Source: Lama glama (Eukaryota). Taken from it: 60,000 nucleotides of DNA. Positions 12,717-25,050 of this stretch are shown one piece after another. The notes beneath the pieces are model-generated. The model saw only the letters and a program-made list of their open reading frames with translations. It searched no databases and was not told where the DNA came from. The translations under genes and the position numbers were made by a program. Numbering within the stretch: position 1 is the first letter of the stretch; each line of letters starts with the position of its first letter. Location: assembly GCA_028534125.1 (NCBI GenBank), contig CM052816.1, forward strand, positions 20,586,001 through 20,646,000, written 5' to 3'.

Positions 12717-14454
12717 GGCAGTAACTCTCATCTCTCGGTAGTAAGTAAGAGAAAGGAGAAGGCCACGCCTGGGTTCAGTGGGCAAGAGTGGGGTGATTCC
12801 CCTCTGCCTTTGGAGTGGGGCATGAGTGCCCCATTTTTGCCTTCCCTGACTTGGGACTTTCTCCCTCAGAATGTGTAACCCGCCCTCTCTCCATTACCCT
12901 ATTTTCTTCCCATCACCCGTTCATTCTGATTGCACCTAACTACTGTCTACCGGGAAGTTTCACTAGAAATTTTATGGTTCACCACCAGTTTTCAGGAATG
13001 GCAGAGCTTTGATCTGTGCTGGGGACTCGTGTCTTTAACAGGTGCCCTTTTCCTCTAGGCCTCGTCCATGCCTTTGGGACAAGCCTTCTGAGGACTTTGC
13101 TGACCCCCCTCTGTGTTTTTGCCAAGTCACAGTTAAGCAAGGTCAGCCAGGCATCTCTACATCCAGTTATGTGTGTGTCCTTCCACCAGCAGCAAAAACC
13201 TCAAATGACTGTATTACCTCTAATTCTACCCAGTGGGCTCATACTGAATTGCACAAAGGGAATTTGTGGAAGGAAGGAAGCAAGCAAGCAAGCTTATTAT
13301 TTTAGAAAGCCATATTTTACTCTCTTGTAGAGTAAGATTTTGATACGATGAGTTTGGCTAAAATGACACACGCAGGGAGCAAAGGCATGCCTGAACAGTT
13401 ATTATTCCACTTCTTTGTGAGTTCACGAATGCATCTGCAACCAAACGTATGAGGGCTCTGACTTGTCCGTTCCTCTCCCAGGTCCTACTGAGATGGCAGT
13501 GATGAACTGGAGACTTTATATTCATTTCCATAGCAACAAACATCAATGTCCCACGGCCACTCCCTGAAACCTTTGCAAATGCCACTTTCCCATTAAGCCC
13601 AACCCCTGGGAGATGGCAAAGTGTTTGCAGAAGCTGCAAGACTCCCCCCGCAGGGCCACTGTGGCTGGAGCAAGACTAGGTCGGAAGAAGAATGTCTAGC
13701 TCTATGTACCTAGAAACAGCAGGTGAAACAAAGACAATTAACTAAATCAGTTTTTCTCCAATTATTTCTTCTCTTGTAAAGTTTGCCCCTAGTGTGAAAA
13801 ACTCACTTCCAACTTTTGTTCCACGCACAGGCAGCTTTATATCTAGAGTTTGGAAATTGCCTGGACAAGGAAAAACTGCATCTCACATTCTCTGAGTGCT
13901 CTGTGTATCTTGTGGCAACCCAGTCTTCCTCAAATACTAATTATGAGCATTTATTTACGGCTCACATCTCAAATGCTGATGGTATGCAGTGTGTGTCTGT
14001 GACCAGTGACCTGCCGTTAATCAATAATCAGAGATCTGAAAAAAAGAATGTGTGAACTATGGTACAGACCCAATTAACCTGAAATATGAGGGAAGGGACT
14101 TGATCCTCTAATTGAGTTACACCCTGGTGTGGTGTGTGCCTGTGAATTCTGGGAGGTCAGGCTGAGAGTTGATGCCTCATGGGAATGGGACCTCAGCTTA
14201 CCCTGCTCCGTCCTCCTTCCTGTGGGCAACTGGGAAGTACAGACACCCATAACACAGTGAACCCCAGTGGCCTAAAATGTCTTTAAGCTCAAGAGCCTTG
14301 AGATCCACAGACGACAGACTTAATTTTGAGCCAGGCAGATTCTGAAGGGAGAATGAGCTTGGACCTATTTCCCATCCTGGACATCTTCTGTCAGTATGAT
14401 TGCTGTCACAGCTGCCCTGTTTCTTTCTGTTTCCTTGGGGGTTGGTGTCTGAGT

Positions 14455-14650
14455 GCAAGGTCTGGTCCCAGGCAATCCGGGCATAGAATCCTCCCTCTGC
14501 CTCTCTTCTCGCCTGAAACCCGGGGATACTAGAACCTCCCTCAGGAAACTGTGATGAAGATGAATGAGGTCATGCCCGCAGGGCAGCTGGCACGGAGCCT
14601 GGTGCACACTAAGAGTTCAGCTCACACAGTGCCATCCCCATCGTCGTCCT
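14455..14650 (+). mobile_element. MIR SINE fragment
   Basis: ctctgcctctcttctcgcctgaaacccggggatactagaacctccctcagg...gtgatgaagatgaatgagg...ggcacggagcctggtgcacactaagag. Confidence 0.6.
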
Positions 14651-16208
14651 CGCCACCATTTAGGGTTAAGGGGCAGCTCCTGAGTGTTAGTGACTCTGTG
14701 GTGATGGGCTTCCTGAGAACACATCTCCACTGACATGAGCCATCAAGGGGCAGACGAGTTTAACCCTGCCCAGGACCCAGGTTAGCCCACTCCAGAGATG
14801 AGATGGTCACAAGGTAACTTTTATGGGATCTTTAGTGTTTGATTCCTCCTCCCCCAGCCCTTTGTGGTATTCGTAGGAGCCTACCTCTAAGGCAGGAAAG
14901 AGAACTGAAATCCCTGCCTGTGGACAGGGAGGCACTCATTCACTTCTGAAAAATGCAGCCGGGACTTAAGGATGCAACTTAGAATAATGATGTTTGCGTC
15001 TAACGTGGTAACAGAGCTGGTGCTGCTCACATATCACATTTACTCCCTTCACAGTGAAGCAAGTCAATGGCTGGGGATGGCAAACTGTGTGCTGGTCCTG
15101 GGCTGGGGCTTAGGAAAAGTCCCCAGGGGCAAAAAACAAGAAACCATTTTAGAGTTGCGTTAAGGCTAATGGTCAAGGAGAAAGGGGCATCCCGAGCTCA
15201 AGGGCCCACTTGTATGTTTGCAGTCGTGGGTGGGCTGGTCTGCAGAGTGAAGATGCCCATGGCACACCGGCACCTGGACAGTCACTTCCTGTTTGCACAG
15301 GGCGCTGCGGCTGCTGCCGAGCCAAGCACCAGCACAGCATCCCCCGTTCACGAGTCTCTCACGTGCAGAATGTCTTGTCTTCACAGTGGACTGTTGAAAC
15401 TTGTAATGGGCCTACCTCAGCCCTCCATCTCAACCCTCTGTCTTTCCTGTTTTGTTCACTTTGGACAGGGCACTCCCCACAGGTCTTTTCAGAGGCCCCC
15501 AAGGCTCCAGTCAGAGGTGACAGCAGGGAGAGGTCAGCAAGACACCAGGTCAGGGGCCCTGGGACAAGTCAGAGAGCCACAGATCACCACCCAGGTGGTG
15601 CAGCAAGTCCTTCTCCTGCCATGACATGTGCGACAGGTTACGTCATCAGTCTAGCATACCCAGGTATGGTAGACCAGAAGTACGGCCCGGTTCACACATG
15701 TTAGCTGCAACCCCTTTCATATACACCACAGTTTTTCAGAATGCAAGTGTGTGAGAATGAGATTTTTATCAGGATAAATTTAAATCCACTCAGAATTCAT
15801 TATCTTAAAAGTAACTCATTCCCAATTTGGCACACCTCAGCCATTGTTATTCACACATTACTTGCAACCTCCCAACTAATAGAAGTTGACATCTGGTTTT
15901 AGAGGTGATTCTTCTCCCATTAGGGGCTTCCGGCGAGTCCTTGAAATAACCACCTCCCCAGCTGTCTCTCTCACCCTCTGAGAAAGCACCCCCAACTTTC
16001 CAGAAGGATCCATCGTGGACAGCAGATGTCCTCTGCACCTGCCCTGAAAGACCTAGATGCCCACGCTCTGGTGCCACGTGGCCAGGTGAAAACTCTGAAC
16101 AGATGTTACCCTCAGCACAAGCAGGCCTGTCGCCCAGGCTTGGGGGGAGGCCAGGATCTTCTGGAATTCAGCACCCCGTGTGTCCCAGGTATAGGAGCTG
16201 GAGCCTTG

Positions 16209-16400
16209 CAGGGCTTCTCAGCATGTGGTCCACAGCTTTGTAGCCTAACTTCAGCCAGGGTGCTCATTTAAAAGGCACATTCTCAGGCCCTGTCCCAGAA
16301 CTACTGAATCAGAATCTCTGGGCATGGGGTCTAGGAATCTGCATTTTTACGCTGAACACTCACCCCTTTTCCGCCCCCAGTTATGTGCACTCCTGGCAGG
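16209..16400 (+). mobile_element. MER5A hAT-Charlie MITE
   Basis: cagggcttctcagcatgtggtcc...cagaactactgaatcagaatctctgggcatggggtctaggaatctgcattttt is characteristic MER5A sequence. Confidence 0.88.
16270..16347 (+). ncRNA. Pre-miRNA-like hairpin in MER5A, candidate orthologue of human MIR1289-2 (expression unknown)
   Basis: ~30-bp imperfect stem with a 17-nt loop. The 3' arm TGGGGTCTAGGAATCTGCATTTT differs at 2 of 23 positions from miR-1289 as recalled (UGGAGUCCAGGAAUCUGCAUUUU). Human MIR1289-2 is recalled to lie in a FSTL4 intron. Confidence 0.4.
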
Positions 16401-16719
16401 AAGCACAGGTGAGGGGCACTCCTGTATAGCCCTCCCCCTGCCACCGCCCCCACAAAGCGGAGTCCAGTGTCTCTCAGGGCTTGGGGACCCTAGAGAAGGT
16501 GGCAGCCCTGCGGATGGGGAAAGGCAAGCCCTGAGATGGACAGTGACAGCTCTTCTGCCAGAAAGAGCCCTGTTCTCTCAGGCTTCTGGGTTCATTCCTT
16601 GAGAACAGAGTTTGGCTGTACAAACTGATAGAACAAGGAGCCCTTCCAAGTCCTAAGAACCTTTTAGTGGCCCCACACTGTGCTGGGAGCTGTGCATGAG
16701 CCATCTCTCATCCTTAGGC

Positions 16720-16860
16720 AAGGTACTGGTTATTATCTCTGCTCTATATCTGTAGAAACTTGAGGCCCAGAGAGGTTATTGGACTGGTAAAAGGCCACAC
16801 AGCTGATAAAAGCAGAAACAAGGTTGTAAACCAGGGCTGGCTGACTCTTCTGGTAACACT
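16720..16860 (-). mobile_element. MIR SINE fragment
   Basis: ttattatctctgctctatatctgtagaaacttgaggcccagagaggtta...aaggccacacagctgataaaagcagaa. Confidence 0.7.
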
Positions 16861-18139
16861 GCCAGAATCTTCTGGAGGAGGTGTGAGCTAGCCTAAAGGA
16901 AGGGACATTGGGGCATTTTCTGATTCTGTGCAACCAAACTTCCCCTGAGCCTTTGAGCTCAGAGGTCAAATGCTGAGAATGTGACAAGACATGCTGAGAC
17001 TGAGATGTGGTTTTAGGACTTGAAACCTTGGCTTACTCCTTCCAAAGCCTGAGCTGACTTTTGGAAGGAGAGGATATTTTAGCCAGGGTAGGGTTCCTGC
17101 CTTGTGAGGGCAGTGGTGTTTGCTAAGCTGAAGAAGGGACTTAGAGGTTCTCTCCATGTGTCATTGAAGCAGGGATTGGCATGTTGCCCACTGCAGGTTG
17201 AGGAACAACAGGACAGATGCCCACAGATTACTCCTCCTCCAGCCCCTTCTCTGCCACCACTTCCTTCCCTTCATAGCCCCACTGTCCCACCCCGCCAGGA
17301 GGCACAGCCGGATAGATCTTCCCCCAGTCTCCTGTGCTGCTCATTGGCCATGGGAGCTGCATTATGAGTAATCAGAATTGTCGGTCTCTCCTGTAATGAC
17401 CTCTGGCAGGAGACCACCTTCAGGACATTCTCCAAGTAGAGCGACTGAGCTGGCAGGGCCTTGTGGCCTGTCTGCCCAGAGCCCTGGTGCAGTGACGGCG
17501 ACTCATTATACAGGAGACCCAAGTCCACTGGTCCTGTCAGTCAGCACAGCCCCCAGGAGGGGCAGGAGGCAGGTCTCCTCCTCACATCCTCAGGCTCCCA
17601 GCTACTCTGTGCTCCTTCCCTTCGTGGGGAAGACCCTCCTGTGGTCAGGCATAAAGGACCACGCTCCCTGTTCCAATAGCACATTCTGTGTTTTAAGAAT
17701 TCCTACCTGGGAGAGATGGTTTCTTTTGACTCTCAGGGATGGTGAACGAATCAGGGAAGATGAGAGCTATAGGGGAGGTCAAAAACAGTCCAGTTCTACC
17801 TGGCCCTAAACAGAAGAGGAGGGGGCCAAGGTCAGAGAGAGGGAAGTCTTGTCCAGTGGTGTCCTCAGCCCTGGGCAGGGGGACCGGAGCTTGCCCGAGT
17901 CATCCCTGCTTCCCTTCCTCTCGCCCCAGATTCCAACACAGAGTCTCCTTTCCACGTCTCTGTCCTCCCTTTAAGGCCTGCCCACACCAACAGGTGTGGA
18001 GACATCAGTGAGACAGTCATGGCCCTGTGACTGTGTGTTCAGGACCAGTTTCCCAGGACCAGTGCCAACTCCAGAGCCATTGTATATATCAGAATAAAAG
18101 CGCCCCCACTGGGCAAACAGAGCCCTTTGGGGTTTTGGC

Positions 18140-18290
18140 TTGGCAGATAGATGGCATCTTTGTGCAAAGAAAATAGTGTCCCTTCATCCAGGCAAATTCA
18201 ACCCCATGCCAGGAAACATAGGCTATGAACTGGACTTCATCCCCCACCAAACATATTGTGCAGTGCACAAACTGCACAGCCATGCATGGT
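18140..18290 (-). mobile_element. MER91-like hAT-Tip100 fragment
   Basis: ttgtgcagtgcacaaactgcacagccatgcatgg is the reverse complement of the MER91 terminal motif (gttgtgcaggttgtgcactgcacaa). Confidence 0.55.
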
Positions 18291-18294
18291 TGTT

Positions 18295-18410
18295 ATAAGC
18301 CATAAGCCTGAGGGCAGAGTCCATATCTGTCTTGTTCCCTAATATCTTCCCAGGACCTAGTGCCTAACCCATATAGGAGCACAAATTACTCAATAATGAA
18401 TGAATGCATG
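18295..18410 (+). mobile_element. L2 3' end fragment
   Basis: taagcctgagggcagagtccatatctgtcttgttc...ccaggacctagtgcc...caataatgaatgaatg. Confidence 0.7.
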
Positions 18411-20377
18411 CACATGCATGCATGCATGCTTTAACTTAAAGTTCAAATCTATACTTTCAGAGAGGAACCCAGAAGGGCTATTCCAAGAAATGAATCTGCA
18501 GCAGTGGAGATTCAGATGTCATGAGAGTCTTAGGAGGTCAGTTGAGCCTTAAATCTTCCCTCACAGGAGTCTGCTAATTACTTTGCCAAGTTTTCTGCTG
18601 AACAATCTGAACTCACATTCAAAATAGCTTTCCCTTATGTCTCTTTCTTAATATCTCAGCACAACGCCTGCTGTGGACAGTTGTTAAACCTCAGGCCTGG
18701 CAGTTTAACAGCTTCGCCGCCCGGGAAGGGCCTTGTCTTGTGTGTGCCGGTTAGGATGCCCTGCTCTGGGTCCTGCTGAAGGGCAGTACCTGTCAGGACA
18801 GGCCATCAGTGTAGCTTGAGGACAGCTTCTGGGGCAAATCTTGGGCTTTAGCTAAATCTCTTTCTTTTTGTCACTTTAATGAAATTTTAACATTAAAAAG
18901 ATACACAAACTAAAACCTGTGTAGCAAAGGATTTTAAAACTTTTTAACACAATCACCCATGAAGAAAATCTACATCAAACACTTCTAATGTCTGGAACAT
19001 AGTAAAAATCTTGATAAATGTGAGCCCATGGCTGTTTTATGTTCACTCAAAAGAGGTTAATCCACAGTGTAAAATTTGGGCAAAATCTGATATAGATGAG
19101 AAATTTTGCCATGAAAAGGATCTTTTGATTTATTTTTATAGATTCCCTTTTAATGGAATGATCATTTTATCAGTAGATGAGGAAAGATCTAGCATTTTTC
19201 TGGAGCCTGCTGTGGACTAGGGGGTGTGCCAGTGTTTTATGCTCATTGCTATATTCTTCTCTGCCAGCCTTGGGAAGGTTTGTTCTCCCATTTTCCAGAT
19301 TTGGAGCTCAAGATCATTCAACCCCAGAGCCAGCATTCTTTCCCTTCTCGGGTGTTTAGAAGTGAGCCCAGTTATGGGAATGGTCCATAGTGAACTCAGC
19401 TGAAATTGCCCATGTGACCACATGGTCAGGTCACTGCCAGCTTCCCTGTCCAAACCAGCCTTCCTCTGGCCTGGGATGGGCAGTGTTGCCTTTCAGAGGA
19501 CACCATCATTTAACCCATCAGTACTGCAGCATCACCAGCAGAGAGATGGCATGGACCAGCAAACCAAGGGGAGGTGGAAGGGACATAGGTGCCCCTGGAC
19601 ATTTGAAATATCAAAACTGAGTGATTTCAAACTCAGAGCTCTTCAAAATATGCCACCTCCTTGTCTCTAATGTGTTGAATAAAAATCTGTCTTTTATTCC
19701 CCATCTCTAAAACGTTTCATTTCCATCAGGTTGTATATTCCTCAAATTTTCTATGAATTCCCTGCATTGTCAGCTGGTCTCAGGAGAGTGTTTTCCTCAG
19801 ACTGACTTGATTATTTCAAAAGATTTCCCAACATGGCCTCTTGCACTGCCCACAGGTCTCTGCTAGTAACTGGTGAGTGAAATTCCTCTGCAGGGACTTT
19901 TTGGACTGCTAGAAAGTTCAGAGGCACCATCTTCCCCAGAGCGGCTGCCTGCCCCACGTCCCAGTGGTCCCTGAAACCAGAAGCACAGGTGCCCCTGGTG
20001 TTGTCGCACTGGGTGCCCGTTCTCACGGGCAGCCAATCCTGGTTCACAGAGGCAGGCACGACCCCACTCATCTGTGCATGCCCTCTGCCCTGGAGCGAGT
20101 GGTGACGTCTGGAGGTGAGTTGATTCACCACTGGACCCACAGCACTGCCCCCACCTCCACCCTCGGCTTCAGCACATGGACCACGTGCACAGATGGGTTC
20201 TCGTCCTGACCTGTGGGTGCCCAGCCTTCATGGGCCTACTGAGTGTTGTTTTGTGGAAAGGCTTATACTCATTCATATCTGTCTTCTTCCTGCCTGTGCA
20301 GGCCCCATGGTCTCCTTCATGAGTCATTTGGGAGACTCATTCTTAGAGCGGGAGAAAACGGTCTGTTTCTAACCACC

Positions 20378-20580
20378 TTGTCATCACCACCACCATCCCC
20401 TTCCTCATGCCGTGGGCCACCACTTCATCTCCACCGTCATCCCACCACTGCTCAATCCCGCCACCACCCTCCCCCTCACCTCTGTCACTGCCTCCACCCC
20501 ACGCCGTGTCCCCATTCCAGTCCCCTTTCAAAGTCTCCCTGCACCTCTCCCTCTCTGCACCATCACCACCCTCTTTCCAG
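20378..20580. repeat. C-rich low-complexity tract (degenerate CAC/CCT)
   Basis: tcatcaccaccaccatcccc...cccaccactg...gccaccaccctccccctcacc. Confidence 0.7.
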
Positions 20581-21439
20581 CACACAGCTGTCTGGAAGCT
20601 CCTATTTACATGGGGCAGAGGCTTCATTCCTCATGTTGCCCTGAAGTCAGGCAGCACACCTCCTATGAGGTTCAGCAACAGATGTGCGGAGCATCTCCTC
20701 TGCGGGGAGCAGCATGGGCAGTCCCCTGGGGGGGGGAGGGCACAGGGTACATGAGCAGCAAGGCGAGAGCCTCCCCAGGGAGGAAGACGTGCTCACTTCA
20801 GCTCCTAAAATGCGTATGGAACAGCCAGAGGTGCCACGTGAATGGGATGAGGACTGAAGTTTCCGTTCATGTAAATGAACTCAGGTTCGGGCTGCTGCCT
20901 CCATCGAGGTGAGCAGTGCTGAGGGGTCAGACGGGAGGTGGAGGCACCGGCCAGGAAACAAGTTACTTTGTGTGGTCCGAGGACACCGCCCACGTGCCAG
21001 CTCCAAACTGTTGTGCCAGAAATGCCAGGGGACGTCTTCTTTCTCCTTTACGGTCCTGATACAGAAACTGTGTACAGAAACTTCACAACTGGTGCTTGGC
21101 TGTTGGGAGGCCACACAGCTCTGGTCTGTTCTCTGTTCATTTGGCCTCAGGCTCTCAGAGCACCAGACCAGGAGCCTCGTTCATTAGAACAGTAACCTCA
21201 GTCCTGAGGCCCGAGTGTGTTGTTTCTGAGCTGTTAACATCCTGTACACGTAAAGGAAAAATAAGATAGGTTTGGCGAGAGTTTCTTTTAAAGTAGGCTG
21301 AGTAACCTAATTAAGCACATCGTTTTCAAATTAAACACGAATTTCCTAATGCAGAGGTGGAATTATTAAATTTCACAAATTTCCACACTTGAGAATTGTC
21401 TAAGAATAATTTTCCAGGCTGACACTCTTTTCTTCTTGA

Positions 21440-22415
21440 TGTGCACTCATTGCCTGGGTGATAATCATCTAGTCTCATGATTTTAAAATCTTCCAAATCT
21501 CTGTCTCCAGTTCACACCTCTTTCCTGAACTCCAGGCTCACAGAGCCAACTGCCCCTTGATTTTCTTCTCTTGGACGCTTAGAAATCCCAGTCTCAGCAC
21601 AGTTGGAACAAAACTCTTGATTTTATTACCAAACCTGATCATCCCCCATACTCCCCATTTCAGTGAATATTAAGCCACATTTACCTGGTTATTCAGGCAA
21701 AAACCTTGACCCTCTCCTTCACGCACAGCATCATCTGCTGTGTCAGCAAGCTGTGCCTAAAATAGCACAGAAACCTGTCCGCTCCTCCCCCTGTCCCAGC
21801 TAGTCCAGGCCGCTGGCATCTCTTGCTCTGGCATCTCCAGCAGCCTTCTAACTGGTCTCACTGCATCTCCGCTCCCCCAGCAGCCAGAATCCATTTTAAA
21901 AGTGTAAATCATATCGATTCACTGTCCTGCTCAAAGCCTCCCAGTGGCTTGTCATCACACTTGGGATGCAGTCAAGGCTCCGCCTAAGGCCCTGCCGGCT
22001 CTGTCCCACCTCCCTCTTCATCCGCTCTCCTCCTTATCCCCTTCACCCCAGCCACCCTTCTTGCTCTTCCTTGAAGACACCAAATCCATTCCATTCCCTG
22101 CAGGGAGTTGGCATTTGTTCTGTCCTCAGATCCTCTCTGGCTCTTTCCCTCACTTCATACAAGGACCTCAGTATAGACTGAAAGGCCACCACCTCCTCCA
22201 AGAAGCCTTCCCTGACCACTTCATCTGAATAACCTCTCACCCCTTCCCTCCTCATCCAGTTTCACTGATTTCTTTTTCTTCATGACACTGATCACTTCCT
22301 GTCTGTCTCTTCCACTTGACTTTAAGCTGCATAAGGGCAGGGATTCTGTGTGTTATGGTCACTGCTCTATCTCTAGTACGTAGGACAGGGCCTGGTACGC
22401 AGTAGTGCTCAATAG
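21440..22415 (+). mobile_element. L2 LINE 3' portion
   Basis: ccaaatctctgtctccag...tcctgaactccaggctc...gtaaatcatatcgattcactgtcctgctcaaagcctcccagtggctt...taagctgcataagggcaggga...gcctggtacgcagtagtgctcaata. Confidence 0.88.
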
Positions 22416-23787
22416 GGGCACTATCTGCACCAGTAATGCCCAGCCCAGCCTGCTGCCCCTTCTGCCCAGCTCTGTGTCCTATGAGCTGTCATTCAAGATG
22501 ACAAGCTAGGCTTCCTCATGATTCTCCCAAGAGCAGCATTTGGAATCATTTCTGAAGGGAATGCGTGGGTGTCAGAAAGACTCCCCTTCCAGAGCCAACT
22601 TAACAGTGTCTCCCAGGGTCAGGGTGTGGCCGTTTGGAGAACATACACCAAGACAGCAGATGGAGAGCTCAGCAAATAGAAACTAGGCCTCCTCTAAGCA
22701 CAGCCGTCTGGCCTGGTGTCCTGCAAGAGGGGAAGTGCAGAGAGCAGCCAGGGATCCAGGAATGACGGTAGAACTTGCAGGGCGCACTGCGCAGTGACAA
22801 CGTGGGACCCCAGCGAGGGTGAGAAAGTCCAGCCCACTTCCCCTGAGTTCCATGCCCAGCCCAACACAGATGGGCCTCCCTCAAGGGCTTGCATGTCCTG
22901 CTCCGGGAGCTGTGCAGTAGCTGACTAGAGGGCGGGCCAGGGGCCCCACCATATGTACTGTGGGGCTGTCAGCCCGGGGCAGGGGCAGCACCATCATGCC
23001 CCACCCTGAAGTGCCTGGCGGTGTGGGCCCAACACCCTGCTCACGCCCCCACCCGGACTCCTGCCAGGGGTGGTGGTCAACGACAAAACGCAGATCCCTC
23101 CTGCAAAGTGACCCCTTCCTGGCCTAAGGTGGAAGGTGCAGCCAAGGTGAGTAGGGGAAGGCCACCCAGGGCAGCAGGGGTAGGAAGAGGCAGCAGAGCC
23201 CCGTCTTGGGATGAGGAGGTGGCATGAGTCAGGACTGCACATGAGCAGGGCTCAAAGCCCCGACACATCCTGCAGTGACTGTCCCATCAGATCTTCTTAT
23301 AAAACACAAATTCAAAGATAATTATTAAGAATTTCAAGCCAGCAACTCCAGAGCATTAATCCCCAGTCACAGGGTCCCTCTGAGTATGGGGACCCTGTAT
23401 TCCTGCCCCAGTCACATACCCACCTGTAATCCCAGAAAGGTGGGCCAAACAGGATTGCTCTGTGACCCTCTCTGGCTTCAGAAGCAGCTCTGCGGCATGA
23501 GCAGCTCCGGGTCACAGCCAGGCTCCCACTGACTTCCTGCTCCTGCACTGTGGTGGCACTGCTAGAGATTATCTGATTTCATCAGGGAATTTACACAGAC
23601 ACCCTGTCTGAGGGCCCCACTATCCTCCCAGAATCAAGATCAGAGTCTTTCCACCCAACCTGTATAGGTGATAAGCCCTGCATTGCTTCGGATTTGGGAA
23701 CAATGTAAAAGATTTCTTAAATATCTGTTTGTGATCATTTAATCTGAAGTGCTGTCTTGAAAAAAGTAAAACCTGAATGTGGATTTG

Positions 23788-24451
23788 TTTTAAATTGAAG
23801 TGTAATTTACATGCAATATAGTATAGGTCTTTGTCAATAATTTGGGACAAATGTATACACCATCACTCAAATCAAAACTTTAAACATTTCTGTCACCCTA
23901 GAAAGTGATCTCCAGTTCCTTTCCAGTCAGCCTTCCCCCACGCCACTGTTACAGTTCTGATCACTACAGATGACTTAGCTCTTCCTGAACACCATGTCAG
24001 TGGAACTCTGGGGTAGGGAACCGTTGGTGTCTGGCTTCTTTCACCCAGCATCACGTGTCTGAGTTTTCTCTGTGTCTTGGAAAGTAAGTTTGTTCCTTTA
24101 TATTGCTGAGCTGTGTTTTGCTGTATGACCACATCACAGTTTGCTTAGTCATTCCTGCTGATTCACATTAGATTTGTTTGCATTTGGGGACTATTATAAA
24201 TAAAGCTCCTATGAATATTTTTGTACATGTCCTTTCTTGGACCTAAACTTTGATTTCTCTTGGATGAATACTTACAGATGGCAGACACATAAGAAGATGC
24301 TCAACATCATCAGTCATTAGGAAATACAAATTAAAACCACAAGAATATACCATTAAACACCTATTAGAATTTCTAAAATTTAAAAGACTGACCATAGCAA
24401 GTGTTGGCAAGGGTATGGGGGAAACAGAACACTCGTTTACTGCTGGTGGGA
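23788..24451 (-). mobile_element. Ancient L1M 3' element (minus, 23788-24274) with an inverted upstream segment (plus, 24275-24451)
   Basis: The minus part is a typical L1MB/ME 3' UTR (aattgaagtgtaatttacat..., ctggcttctttcacccagcatc...). The plus part cagatggc...aagatgctcaacatcatcagtcattagg...ctgctggtggga is the ORF2 C-terminal region in opposite orientation. Confidence 0.8.
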
Positions 24452-24519
24452 CTGTTTTCTAGCTTGGTGATTTCTTTTCTTACCTTTATTTTCTTCCTTC
24501 TACTTCCTTCTTTTTCTTC

Positions 24520-25050
24520 TTAGAGTGGGACCTCCACTGTTTCTGATGAGAAATAAAACATCATTCTTACTACTCTCTCAAAGTTGATGTATCTTTTTTC
24601 CTCTGACTGAGTTTTCATTTTCTTGTTATCATTGGTTTTCAGTAGTTTGATGGTGGTTTGCTTTGTGGTTTCCTTTGATGGAGTTCCTTTTAGTTGGGTT
24701 CACTCACCACCTTGGATATTTGGTTGATATCTTTCAGTTTTGTAAACTTTTAGCCGAAGTCTTCTCAAGTGTTCCTTTTGCCCTATTCTTCCTCTTGTCT
24801 CCTGAAACTCCAATTATATGTATGTTAGTCCTGGTCAGATTATCCTCCAGCTCTTTAGTGATCTGTTCAATTTTTTTTTTCATTATTCTTCTCTGCACTT
24901 CAGTCTAGGCCTTTTTATTATTGACTTGTCTTTGAATTTATTGATCTCATTATCTGTTGTGTCCAGTCAGCTTATTCTTATCAAAGTCTATTTAATAAAG
25001 CCTTTATTTCATATGTTGTATATTTTAATTCTATTATAGGCTTGTTTTTC
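24520..25050 (-). mobile_element. Ancient L1 ORF1-region fragment
   Basis: ctccactgtttctgatgagaaa...ttttcagtagtttgatgg...tcctgaaactccaattatatgtatgttag; T-rich plus strand. Confidence 0.7.

Noticed and set aside
15067..15704. Overlapping 185-aa and 164-aa ORFs
   Set aside because: No domain, no convincing splice or promoter context; expected by chance in GC-rich DNA.
18098..18116. CTCF-like motif gcgcccccactggg
   Set aside because: Only the GGGGGCGC half fits, and the spacing to the CCAS half is off by one.
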